From: a bacterium
GTDB lineage: Bacteria; UBA8248
Assembly (NCBI GenBank): GCA_965213685.1
Contig: CBDBZY010000016.1
Location: 320,001 to 384,000, forward strand
DNA length: 64,000 bases
Direction of reading: 5' to 3'
Below the pieces are notes generated by a model. The model saw only the letters and a list, made by a program, of their open reading frames with translations. It was not told the origin of the DNA and made no database searches. Positions 12,316-27,925 of the stretch are shown here, piece by piece. A program made the position numbers and the translations under genes. How positions within the stretch are numbered: the first letter of the stretch is position 1; every line of letters starts with the position of its first letter.

Positions 12316-14430
12316 ATGGCTAAGAAGCAGGAAGTTCCCTCCCTCACCCCTCGAGACCTCACCCTCCCTGGTAGGTCCCTCCCTCCTGCCATGCCCCTCA
12401 TCATCTCCACCCAAGACAGGTGGGACCCTCACAGCTGCAAGCTGGAGACTCACCAGCACAACAGCCAACCACAACACCTACAGATAGTCACAGACACTCT
12501 ACAGCTGCTGGGAACCATCAACAAGCCTGTGGCTGTCCTGTCCATCTGTGGCCCCTACCGCTCAGGGAAGTCCTACTTCATCTCCCGACTGCTGGGCAGG
12601 CCTGGGACCTTTCAGCTGGGCCACAGGATGCAAGCCTGTACACATGGAATCTGGATGGCCACCACTGTCCTGGAGTGTGAGCAGTTTGCCATAATAATGC
12701 TAGATACAGAAGGTATCGATGCCATTAGAGCCTCTGAGACCATGGCCATGAGCCTGCTGACTGTCACCACACTCCTCAGCTCCTACCTCATCTACAACTC
12801 CAAGAAGGTGCCCCAGAAGGTGGACCTGGACAAGATGAGGTGCTTCACCCAGCTCTCCAGGTCTCTGCTCGTGCAGAAAGGGGAGTCCATGAGGGCAGAG
12901 ATCATGAGGAAGTTCTTCCCTCACTTTCTGTGGCTACTGCGAGATGTGACACTGAAAGTGACAGACAGAGTTGGCCAGACCATCTCAGCCACTGAGTTCC
13001 TGCACACTCGTGTGCTGGCATCAGAAGCTGGCCAGCCTACAGAGCTGGGCAAGTCTCTTTGCAGCCTCTTCCCCTCACTGGAATGCCACACTCTTCCCAT
13101 GCCAAGCATCAACCCCAAAGTCATCAAGAACATTGTGGAGCAACAGGACAAGCTCAAACCAGCATTCAACAAGGCAGTGGATGAACTGATCCAGCGAATC
13201 CTGCAGCAAGTCACGCCCAAGAAAGCCATCGATGGAGTGAGTGTGGTGGATGGCCCAGCTCTAGCTGCTCTGACCCGTGGCTATGTGGATGCCATCAACA
13301 CACCAGGAGCAATACCAGACCTGGAACAAGGCTGGCAGGCTGTCATCAAGTGGAAACTGAAGGAACTATCACACAAGCTAGTGGAGGAGTACAGGAGAGA
13401 GATGGAGGAATGTTTAGGAGACAATCTTCCAATGGAGGAGAGGAATCTGATGAGAATCCACCAACAGACACTGAGCAGGAAAAGAGAGTCACTGCAGCAG
13501 GAGATCCGTCGACTCAAGCCATTGAGTTCCACCTCTGGAGACAAAGACCCAGTCCTCAGTCAACTGGAGCAGGCAATCAGTCAGACAAACGAGGGGGGTG
13601 AGGTGATTGGGGGGGTCCTGTTCCAGTTCACCACTCACAACTACTCCAAGTCCAAGCAGCAGTGTGAAGAGGTGCTGGTGGAAGCAGTGAAGAGCAGTGG
13701 AATACGCAAGAAGTGTCAGGAAGCCTTCATCACCTCACAGCCACTGGACATAATGGCAGAGATACAGGAGATTGACAGGCAATACCACAGGCAAGCTGTT
13801 GGACCAGCAGCCAGTGAAGTGCTGGAGAAAGGCCACAGAGAACTGAACCAGCTGGGAGACTCACTCAAGAGAATTCCTGGCCCACCTAGTGAGGTGGAGG
13901 TCATTGGAAAGGGACCTGATCGAGTGAAGCTGAGCTGGCAACCTCCAGAGAAGAACCCTGAGGCTGCTGAGAGCTATGTGGTGTGGAAACAAGAGGAGGG
14001 GATGGAGTGGGAGAGGGTGAGGGAGACAAAGAAGACCAAAATCCTCATCACTGGACTGAAGTCAGGGACAAAGTACCAGTTCAGAGTCACAGCCACTAAT
14101 GACCTGATTAAGAGTGTGACTATAACACAGGACTCACAGACATTGTGGTCAAAAGCTAAGATGGGAGCTATTGCTGGTGGTGCAGGAGCAATTGGTCTGT
14201 CTCTGATGCCAGTTGCACTTGCTATTCATGTTATGAGTGATAAAAAAATGAGTATAAAAATGGCAGTAGCCATATCAGTCGCCACTGCACCAATCAACCT
14301 CATATGTGCTCCAGTTACTGCTACTGTGGGTGGAGTTTGGTTTGCTAGGCAAATGATCAATTTGTGCTACCACAGTGGAGACCTGTCCCCAGAGAGTGAT
14401 GATGAGACGTCATGTGACTCCACAGAATGA
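12316..14430 (+). CDS. GBP-FN3-TM GTPase, copy B
   Basis: Same motifs. Likely start MAKKQEVP at 12316; an in-frame upstream ATG also exists at 12223. Confidence 0.92.
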   Translation: MAKKQEVPSLTPRDLTLPGRSLPPAMPLIISTQDRWDPHSCKLETHQHNSQPQHLQIVTDTLQLLGTINKPVAVLSICGPYRSGKSYFISRLLGRPGTFQLGHRMQACTHGIWMATTVLECEQFAIIMLDTEGIDAIRASETMAMSLLTVTTLLSSYLIYNSKKVPQKVDLDKMRCFTQLSRSLLVQKGESMRAEIMRKFFPHFLWLLRDVTLKVTDRVGQTISATEFLHTRVLASEAGQPTELGKSLCSLFPSLECHTLPMPSINPKVIKNIVEQQDKLKPAFNKAVDELIQRILQQVTPKKAIDGVSVVDGPALAALTRGYVDAINTPGAIPDLEQGWQAVIKWKLKELSHKLVEEYRREMEECLGDNLPMEERNLMRIHQQTLSRKRESLQQEIRRLKPLSSTSGDKDPVLSQLEQAISQTNEGGEVIGGVLFQFTTHNYSKSKQQCEEVLVEAVKSSGIRKKCQEAFITSQPLDIMAEIQEIDRQYHRQAVGPAASEVLEKGHRELNQLGDSLKRIPGPPSEVEVIGKGPDRVKLSWQPPEKNPEAAESYVVWKQEEGMEWERVRETKKTKILITGLKSGTKYQFRVTATNDLIKSVTITQDSQTLWSKAKMGAIAGGAGAIGLSLMPVALAIHVMSDKKMSIKMAVAISVATAPINLICAPVTATVGGVWFARQMINLCYHSGDLSPESDDETSCDSTE

Positions 14431-14974
14431 CATGACCATACTCTATGGCTAACTATAGCTGCTCTTGTGTGTACACATTCATGTACTCTCATACCTGCCA
14501 CAATACACACAACATGCACATGTATTTTGATATGGAGTGGATGTAACTGACAAGGACAGTTATTGCCAATACAAGCCTTGTTTATATGACATTGTTAGCA
14601 TGACATTGTGTTGGCATGGCAACAGCATATAAATGAGAACCCATCAGTAGTGTGGGTGGAGCCAGAGAGGTCACCAGTGGGTAGCACACACAGCAGTGAT
14701 CATCACTGGTTGTCATGATGAGATGGGCCCCTGTCATCAAATCAACCACAATTATTATGGAGTTGCCATGTCCCCAGCCACAGAGCAGTGCTAGCCTCAT
14801 TCCCTGGCCTTCCCCCACATGCCAGCACAACACCACACCCAGCATGGTGGAGTGCTTGTGTGTGGAGGGCAGTCTGGGAAGAAGGCTAGAGTGATGTGGA
14901 TTGAATGACCATAAACTAATTATTATACACTGTACATGTAGTGGTGAGTGTTATGAGCACTGCTAGTGATGAGT

Positions 14975-15093
14975 ATCATGACTTGTGTTCCTGTGTTGAC
15001 TGAGTGTTGAGGTGATTGTGGTTCTCTTGGCCTGATCCACAGCAGTGGAAACATTCCAATCAAACATCTGATGATGATACCAGCACAGCGACC
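14975..15093 (-). pseudogene. TMEM65: Orphan copy of TMEM65 last exon
   Basis: Near-identical to 56125-56244 with small indels. Confidence 0.75.
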
Positions 15094-15213
15094 CTGAGAC
15101 GGGAGAAGAGGAGGATGAGAAAGAGAGTGAGTACATTAAAACACCAGAGAAAGGAAGGAGAGAGGCAGGCAGGCAGGCAGGCAGGCAAGCAGACAAGCAA
15201 CCAAGCAAGTAGG

Positions 15214-15244
<31 letters not shown>

Positions 15245-15499
15245 CTGTATCCACTTCAGGAGAGAAGCTTCATAGATGCCATAGGGTGGGTAGTATACAC
15301 AACATTTTGGCTATTATGCCCTCCTCAGTGTGATGTACAAACACGAGAAAGAGGTGCTCCATATTGAGGGTGACTATTAATGTCTGAGTCAGCATGCCAG
15401 GTACTACAGAGCAAGGTTAATTAGGATGCGGAGATAAAATTATGACAAGCATTGTAACATGCTGGACAGGAGTTGTGCATGTACAATGCATCACAGACT

Positions 15500-15680
15500 A
15501 TCGACCCTGAGGTTCATGCCTGTGAGATGAGAGGTCTCCAGGAGCCTTTATATCCACTTGCTCTCCCTATAAAACTCCTGGAGACCTCTCATCCCAATGT
15601 GATAGCGAAGGAACCCCCCAGAGTGAAATTTGGGGTTCCCGGGAATAACATTCTCTCCAGAGTGCTAGCAAGGCAAACAC
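15500..15680 (-). pseudogene. TMEM65: Degenerate TMEM65 exon 1 remnant (also ~38120-38360 and ~51970-52205)
   Basis: gaacccccca gagtgaaatttggggttccc gggaataacatt aligns with 58482-58524 of the intact exon 1. Confidence 0.65.
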
Positions 15681-16876
15681 ATATTCACTGTAGCCCATGC
15701 AACAATATAGGGCTTGTGTTGCATAACCAGGCGTGAGGTACTCCACATTTCATCATCATTCCCATGACAACTGGTTACAATATAGCGTGTACTTTGCATC
15801 CAAGCCTTGTCTCCGTACCTTTTATGCAATCCCTATATTCCTTTCTAAAATTAAATTTTTTAAATTTACTAGTATATATTTCGCCAGGTCGCTTACGTGG
15901 CCACTCGAACCCCCGCATGAATGTGTCTGCCCGCATGGCGCGTCCTTGATACAAGTGTACAGCACTCAACTAGCTGGGTAAGAACTCTTTGGACTTGTGC
16001 AAGTGCTCTTCAAACTCTCCTTACTGCAAGGAAAAGAGATGGCTAAAGTGCTGTGGTGGCTGTCTTGACAGAATGTGATATTTTGGATGTGAGCACTCAC
16101 TGGGAGATTTTCGTAACTGAACCTTACATCATAATTACACAATATCTGTACTTATGATAGTACAATATCCGCACAGAAAAGCGAACATACGTTACCATAC
16201 ATGGAGTACCACACTACAAATACATCACACAGGGCAGCTATACATGTACATGGCACTGCTAGACACATACAATATTGAGGAAGGTGAATTGATGTACACT
16301 GCAGCAATACAACCTACTCAGCTTTCATTGTTACACGACATTCAGTTCAATTTGAACCCTCTTCGGGCATAATTATTATGTTTTCTACTTCCCATGATCA
16401 TGCAGCTCAAAGAATGTTGTGTAACTTTAAAACTCTAGCTTTTACCTTGACAGAGCACAAATTACCTACTGCTGTACTTGCCCATACTATGAGGAATATT
16501 TCCTTATATTCAGTGAACATGAAAACACAAGAGTGCATGTATATGTGTTAAAACAAGAAAGAGTTGTATGAGAGGAGTTGCTATACAGCAGTCCTCCTTG
16601 TCAGAAACACAGAAGGAAAAGCTCCAGCCTTGAGACTCAGGCTACTTGTGGAAACACTGACTTATTGTCTATAGTATACCACACAATAATATATACACAC
16701 ACTACTCCATTTTGGACACGCACATTGAGCTCTACTCACTAGCTACTGGTGTCATGTGAATTTCAATGTTTATACAGCCCAACTTCCATTCACAGCACGG
16801 AGGTCACTGAGGTCATTCAGTGTATTTGAGTCTGGGCAATTGGTGCTTGTATTGATCCACTGCTGTTAGCTTTACA

Positions 16877-18988
16877 ATGGCTGCCTGTGGAGACACAGTT
16901 GAGAAAGCTGCCTCCTCCCTCACCCCTCGAGACCTCACCCTCCCTGGTAGGTCCCTCCCTCCTGCCATGCCCCTCATCATCTCCACCCAAGACAGCTGGG
17001 ACCCTCACAGCTGCAAGCTGGAGACTCACCAGCACAACAGCCAACCACAACACCTACAGATAGTCACAGACACTCTACAACTGCTGGGAACCATCAACAA
17101 GCCTGTGGCTGTCCTGTCCATCTGTGGCCCCTACCGCTCGGGGAAATCCTACTTCATCTCCCGACTGCTGGGCAGGCCTGGGGCCTTTCAGCTGGGCCAC
17201 AGGATGCAAGCCTGTACACGTGGAATCTGGATGGCCACCACTGTCCTGGAGTGTGAGCAGTTTGCCACAATCCTGCTGGACACGGAAGGCATCGATGCCA
17301 TTAGAGCCTCTAAGACCATGGATGCAAGCTTGCTGACTGTCACCACACTCCTCAGCTCCTACCTCATCTACAACTCCATGAAGGTGCCCCAGAAGGTGGA
17401 CCTGGACAAGATGAGGTGCTTCACCCAGCTCTCCAGGTCTCTGCTCGTGCAGAAAGAGGAGTCCATGAGGGCAGAGGTCATGAGGAAGTTCTTCCCTCAC
17501 TTTCTGTGGCTACTGCGAGACGTGACACTGAAAGTGACAGACAGAGCCGGCCAGACCATCTCGGCCACTGAGTTCCTGCACACTCGTGTGCTGGCATCAG
17601 AAGCTGGCCAGCCTACAGAGCTGGGCAAGTCTCTTTGCAGCCTCTTCCCCTCACTGGAAGGCCACACTCTTCCCATGCCAAGTATCAACCCCAAAGTCAT
17701 CAAGAACATTGTGGAGCAACAGGACAAGCTGAAACCAGCATTCAACAAGGCAGTGGATGAGCTGATCCAGCGAATCCTGCAGCAAGTCACACCCAAGAAA
17801 GCCATCGATGGAGTGAGTGTGGTGGATGGCCCAGCTCTAGCTGCTCTGACCCGTGGCTATGTGGATGCCATCAACACACCAGGAGCAATACCACACCTGG
17901 AACAAGGCTGGCAGGCCGTCATCAAGTGGAAACTGAAGGAACTATCAGACAAGCTAGTGGAGGAGTACAGGAGAGAGATGGAGGAATGTTTAGAAGGCAA
18001 TCTTCCCATGGAGGAGAGGAATCTGATGAGAATCCACCAACAGACACTGAGCAGGAAAAGGGAGTCACTGCAGCAGGAGATCCGTCGACTCAAGCCATTG
18101 AGTTCCACCTCTGGAGACAAACACCCAGTCCTCAGTCAACTGGAGCAGGCAATCAGTCAGACAAATGAGGGGGGTGAGGTGATTGGGGGGGTCCTGTTCC
18201 AGTTCACCACTCACAACTACTCCAAGTCCAAGCAGCAGTGTGAAGAGGTGCTGATGGAAGCAGTGAAGAGCAGTGGAATTCACAAGAAGTGTCAGGAAGC
18301 CTTCATCAACTCACAGCCACTGGACATAATGGCAGAGATACAGGAGATTGACCGGCAATACCACAGGCAAGCTGTCGGACCAGCAGCCAGTGAAGTGCTG
18401 GAGAAAGGCCACAGAGAACTGAACCAACTGGGAGACTCACTCAAGAGAATTCCTGGCCCACCTCGTGAGGTGAGGGACATTGGACGAGGACCTGATCGAG
18501 TGAAGCTGAGCTGGAAACCTCCAGAGAAGAACCCTGAGGCTGCTGAGAGCTATGTGGTGTGGAAACAAGAGGAGGGAAAGCAGTGGGAGAGGGTGAGGGA
18601 GACAAAGAAGACCAAAATCCTCATCACTGGACTGAAGTCAGAGACGGACTACCAGTTCAGAGTCACAGCCACTAATGACCTGATTAAGAGTGTGGCTACA
18701 ACACAGGACTCGGAGACAATGATGTCAAAAGCTAAGAGGGGAGCTCTTGCTGGTGGTGTAGGAGCAGTTGTATTTCTATTAGCCCCACTGACAACTACTT
18801 ATATGGCTAAGACTGATGAAGAGATCAGTACAGGAAAAATAGTAGCCATATCAGTCACCACTGCACCAATCAGCCTCATATGTGCTCCAGTTACTGCTAC
18901 TGTGGGTGGAGTTTGGCTTGCTAGGGAAGTGATCAAGCAAGGGTGCTACAGTGGAGACCTGTCCCCAGAGAGTGATGATGAGACATAA
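16877..18988 (+). CDS. GBP-FN3-TM GTPase, copy C
   Basis: Same motifs, 703 aa. TCA->TAA removes the last 6 residues (SCDSTE). Confidence 0.92.
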   Translation: MAACGDTVEKAASSLTPRDLTLPGRSLPPAMPLIISTQDSWDPHSCKLETHQHNSQPQHLQIVTDTLQLLGTINKPVAVLSICGPYRSGKSYFISRLLGRPGAFQLGHRMQACTRGIWMATTVLECEQFATILLDTEGIDAIRASKTMDASLLTVTTLLSSYLIYNSMKVPQKVDLDKMRCFTQLSRSLLVQKEESMRAEVMRKFFPHFLWLLRDVTLKVTDRAGQTISATEFLHTRVLASEAGQPTELGKSLCSLFPSLEGHTLPMPSINPKVIKNIVEQQDKLKPAFNKAVDELIQRILQQVTPKKAIDGVSVVDGPALAALTRGYVDAINTPGAIPHLEQGWQAVIKWKLKELSDKLVEEYRREMEECLEGNLPMEERNLMRIHQQTLSRKRESLQQEIRRLKPLSSTSGDKHPVLSQLEQAISQTNEGGEVIGGVLFQFTTHNYSKSKQQCEEVLMEAVKSSGIHKKCQEAFINSQPLDIMAEIQEIDRQYHRQAVGPAASEVLEKGHRELNQLGDSLKRIPGPPREVRDIGRGPDRVKLSWKPPEKNPEAAESYVVWKQEEGKQWERVRETKKTKILITGLKSETDYQFRVTATNDLIKSVATTQDSETMMSKAKRGALAGGVGAVVFLLAPLTTTYMAKTDEEISTGKIVAISVTTAPISLICAPVTATVGGVWLAREVIKQGCYSGDLSPESDDET

Positions 18989-19446
18989 TGTGACTCCACA
19001 GAATGACATGACAATACTCTATGGCTAGCTATAGCTGCTCTTGTGTGTACACGTTCATGTACTCTCATACTTGCCACAATAATCACAACATGCAATTATG
19101 CACATTTTGATATCATTATTATGGAGTGGATGTAACTCAATACAAGCTTTGTTACTATGACATTGTGTTGGCATGGCAACAGCAGACCCTGAGTGAGCAT
19201 CCATAGTGTGGGTGGAGCCAGAGAGGTCACCAGTGGGTAGCACACACAGCAGTGATCATCACTGGTTGCCATGACGAGATGGCCTCTGTCCTTATTGTGT
19301 AGTTGCCATGTCCCTATGACATGTCGCTGTCTGTACCGGCTTCTGGTGCAATCTGATTGGTCATTTGATTCTTCTCATCACATAATTTGTTTGCATTGTC
19401 ATGTGACTTGGTTTCTGAGTTCTGGTTGGTGGCTAAATGGTGGCTG

Positions 19447-22657
<3,211 letters not shown>

Positions 22658-22916
22658 CTGTGGAGGGTGAGGGGGTGAGGGCAGGGAAGGGGAAGACATT
22701 GGAAGTGGAGACATTCTAATCATCTCGCTGGCCAGACCGCGACGCAAGCTATACGGCTAACCGGCTAGGGAGTAGACGAACGCAGCATCTATGAACGCAG
22801 TGACGAGTGCAGCTGGGGGAGAAATGTTGTTAGAATATGCCGTTGAAAACGTGAGCTCTTGTTCATGCGAAATATGGCAACGGATACCCACTGACTGGTG
22901 CTGTGGCATTCTAATT

Positions 22917-23338
22917 GAAGACCTCCGGTCAAAAAGGGCATTAAAACACTTCGAGGTAAAAAGACGACTTTTACATGAAAAGTAACGGAATATGACTCTA
23001 ACTATCTGCTGCCGAAGTATTACAGTCTAAATATTTGCCTTGCGTGATTTATAACCTTCAACCTCCGACCAAAAGGGCCTTGTCATATACTTTCACCTCT
23101 TTCTGCATTCGCCGCATGGGTAGTTCGCGATATTCGTAGTCTAGAAAGCGCCTTGAACCCCCCAGAAGGTATAGCAAACAGAAGAAACCTTCGTGGACAA
23201 CTCCTAGGCCTCCAAAGAAACATTTTCATTCGTATATTTAAAGAACAAAACCCGTAAACTAAACCCTAAATCTTTCAATGGCCGTTTTCTCGACGTATAC
23301 GAACGTCGTTTTAACGCCCTTTTTGACCGGAGGCCTTC
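22917..23338. mobile_element. MITE with 31-bp TIR and 4-bp AATT TSD (Sola-like)
   Basis: gaagacctccggtcaaaaagggcattaaaac / gttttaacgccctttttgaccggaggccttc; empty site ttctaattaaagca at ~9861. Confidence 0.85.
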
Positions 23339-23346
23339 AATTAAAG

Positions 23347-25890
23347 CATAGATATTTAACCTCACGGAACGGGATTGGAAACGGGCGGCGCGCGCGCTAC
23401 GTTCCGCGTTGTTCCGGAAGCGCCGAGGCCGGTTACAAATCGGTTACAAGATACACAAGTATGATACAAGATAAACAATATTTCTACAGAATATACAAAT
23501 GTGTTTACAGATTGGAAGTTTCGGCACTTTGGGCACTTTTCTTGATATTATTTCTTTACAAAAACACTCAGAGAAGGGAAGAAAATCATCAAATCATTGA
23601 GGTAATGACGTATGCTGAAAGTTGAACCATTGCTGAACATTCAACCAAGGTCAACAGCACAAATCCATAGCACGTTGCTAGAACAGTGCAGCATAAACTG
23701 TGGGATTGATTATGAATAAGTTGAAGGTGATATCAACCAGCTCAAGGGCTGTGGTGGGCTGTTACTCTTCTGTCATGATGTGGTCTGTCAAGCTCACTAG
23801 CAGAGATCACTGCTTAGTCCTCATTGGCTATGCTAGAAGGTGGTGGAGTCTACCCATGAGTGGCGAGTGGTGACACAACTGGATTGATCAGAGCACTAAC
23901 AGTCCCAGGAGTGGATGGAAGGTAGATAGTGGTAAGAGGAATGAATACAGCATGAGCTGGTACTCCATAATCCATTGTTTTAGTGGTAATACTTCTGCTG
24001 TTTTTCAGTATCTGTAGGTAAGTGTTTCACAAGTTAAAGCAGATGTAACTCTAAGTTGAAATGTTCTATGTCTTTAAAACAAACACCATGCAAACGAACT
24101 GCTCTTGGTGAACACATTGAACTGTAACACGGATTTATTTGGTATGGCATGGGAGAAATTCAAGCTGACAAAACGGACCCATTATTCGAGGCCGCAACAC
24201 GGAGTATCGTCGGCCTAACTTAGTCATGCATGCACGTATTGAAACCAAACAAACTCCATGCAAAACTTCAGCTTTCGAAGAAGGAGGAGCCGTAGTTTCC
24301 AAGGTCATTCTTCGGTCCATAGCGCTACTAGGGCCTGACAAAAAACGCTGGTTGAGTCGCCATTACGTATACCGCGGCACAAACCACATAACTGTTCGAA
24401 AAACACACAACTGTGCTAAAAACATTTGTTACGCTGTTGACTAACCTTCAACTGTCACTTGAGTGTAGTGTAAGGGAGCTTTGTGGTGCTCTTCTTCCTC
24501 GCCTGGGCGCTTACGCCAAAAACGGGTGCGCGAGGTAACAACGGGGAGTGTCTCAACCATAGATATTTAACCTCACGGAACGGGATTGGAAACGGGCGGC
24601 GCGCGCGCTACGTTCCGCGTTGTTCCGGAAGCGCCGAGGCCGGTTACAAATCGGTTACAAGATACACAAGTATGATACAAGATAAACAATATTTCTACAG
24701 AATATACAAATGTGTTTACAGATTGGAAGTTTCGGCACTTTGGGCACTTTTCTTGATATTATTTCTTTACAAAAACACTCAGAGAAGGGAAGAAAATCAT
24801 CAAATCATTGAGGTAATGATGTATGCTGAAAGTTGAACCATTGCTGAACATTCAACCAAGGTCAACAGCACAAATCCATAGCACGTTGCTAGAACAGTGC
24901 AGCATAAACTGTGGGATTGATTATGAATAAGTCGAAGGTGATATCAACCAGCTCAAGGGCTGTGGTGGGCTGTTACTCTTCTGTCATGATCTGGTCTGTC
25001 AAGCTCACTAGCAGAGATCACTGCCTAGGCCTCATTGGCTATGCTAGAAGGTGGTGGAGTCTACCCATGAGTGGCGAGTGGTGACACAACTGGATTGATC
25101 AGAGCACTAACAGTCGCAGGAGTGGATGGAAGGTAGATAGTGGTAAGAGGAATGAATACAGCATGAGCTGGTACTCCATAATCCATTGTTTTAGTGGTAA
25201 TACTTCTGCTGTTTTTCAGTATCTGTAGGTAAGTGTTTCACAAGTTAAAGCAGATGTAACTCTAAGTTGAAATGTTCTATGTCTTTAAAACAAACACCAT
25301 GCAAACGAACTGCTCTTGGTGAACACATTGAACTGTAACACGGATTTCTTTGGTATGGCATGGGAGAAATTCAAGCTGACAAAACGGACCCATTATTCGA
25401 GGCCGCAACACGGAGTATCGTCGGCCTAACTTAGTCATGCATGCACGTATTGAAACCAAACAAACTCCATGCAAAACTTCAGCTTTCGAAGAAGGAGGAG
25501 CCGTAGTTTCCAAGGTCATTCTTCGGTCCATAGCGCTACTAGGGCCTGACAAAAAAAGCTGGTTGAGCCGCCATTACGCATACCGCGGCACAAACCACAT
25601 AACTGTTCGAAAAACACACAACTGTGCTAAAAACATTTGTTACGCTGTTGACTAACCTTCAACTGTCACTTGAGTGTAGTGTAAGGGAGCTTTGTGGTGC
25701 TCTTCTTCCTCGCCTGGGCGCTTACGCCAAAAACGGGTGCGCGAGGTAACAACGGGGAGTGTCTCAACGGGGATGTACATATCGCAATGAGTGCACGTGA
25801 CCCGTTTCCAATCCCGGTTACGTAGTCTTTACAATCTATGGTCTCAACGGGGATGTACATATATATCGCAATGAGTGCACGTGACCCGTT
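23347..25890. mobile_element. CATAGAT-terminated non-autonomous transposon (outer copy, right end truncated)
   Basis: 23347-24557 matches 24558-25768; the outer copy resumes at 25849-25890. Confidence 0.8.
24558..25840. mobile_element. Complete 1283-bp element with 8-bp TSD (hAT-like), nested in its own copy
   Basis: Ends CATAGAT..cgggattggaaacggg / cccgtttccaatcccg..ATCTATG; GTCTCAAC at 24550-24557 and 25841-25848. Confidence 0.88.
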
Positions 25891-26072
25891 GCGGAGAGAG
25901 TCTGGCTAGGCTACGCGAGACTACGGTCTCGACAAATACGACAAGCAAAGTATACCAACGTGTACGGTGCGTTGCTTCCGTATATGTTGAGTATCCGGTA
26001 AATGGGTGGGGCTGCAATACGAGTTGCAGCTCCTAGTAGTATGGCTTACTGAGCTAGGAGAAAAGCGTAGCG

Positions 26073-27197
<1,125 letters not shown>

Positions 27198-27925
27198 CCT
27201 GTGTATTGTGCCATTATCTGTACTACCACTATTACATCATGGTTTTAAATGACCAATCAAAACCCACTGCTCATATAAAGAAGGCCCCTTGCTGTTACAA
27301 CCCTGACATGAATATAAATATTTTGTCCATAGCATAGCAGGTGAGAACACTAGAATATTATCTCTCCATATTGCCTCCGTACAGTGGTAAACATCCAGCA
27401 GCAATGGCTGGATGTTCCCTCCCTCACCCCTCGTTATTATGTTGCTGTATATTTTTACTTTACATGATTATTGTGTAACTATTCTTTGCCCTGACAAGAA
27501 AGAGAGAACCAACTCAACAACTATTCTAAAACAACTGCTTGTCCATACTATGAGAAATTGTGCATTTCCCTATATTCTGTAAACACGATAATATGAGGAC
27601 GCATGATTGTATAGGTGTTCATACAGGAGAGGGTGGCCACCGATACAGCAGTACTTCTTGTCACAAACACAGAGGAGAAACTCTAGCCTTGTGACTCAGC
27701 TAACACTGACATATTGTCTATAGTATACCACACAATAATATAATCACACACTACTCCATTTTGGACATGTACATTGTGCTCTGCTCACTAGCTACTGGTG
27801 TCATGTGAATTTCAATGTTTATACAGCCCAACTTCCATTCAGGGACAGAGGTCACTGAGGTCATTTAGTGTATTAGAATACTGGGCAATTGGTGCTGGTA
27901 TTGATCCACTGCTGTTAGCTTTACA

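Noticed and set aside
23278-25655. Duplicated short ORFs as transposase or cargo genes
   Set aside because: No recognisable motifs; the duplication is explained by the nested element.
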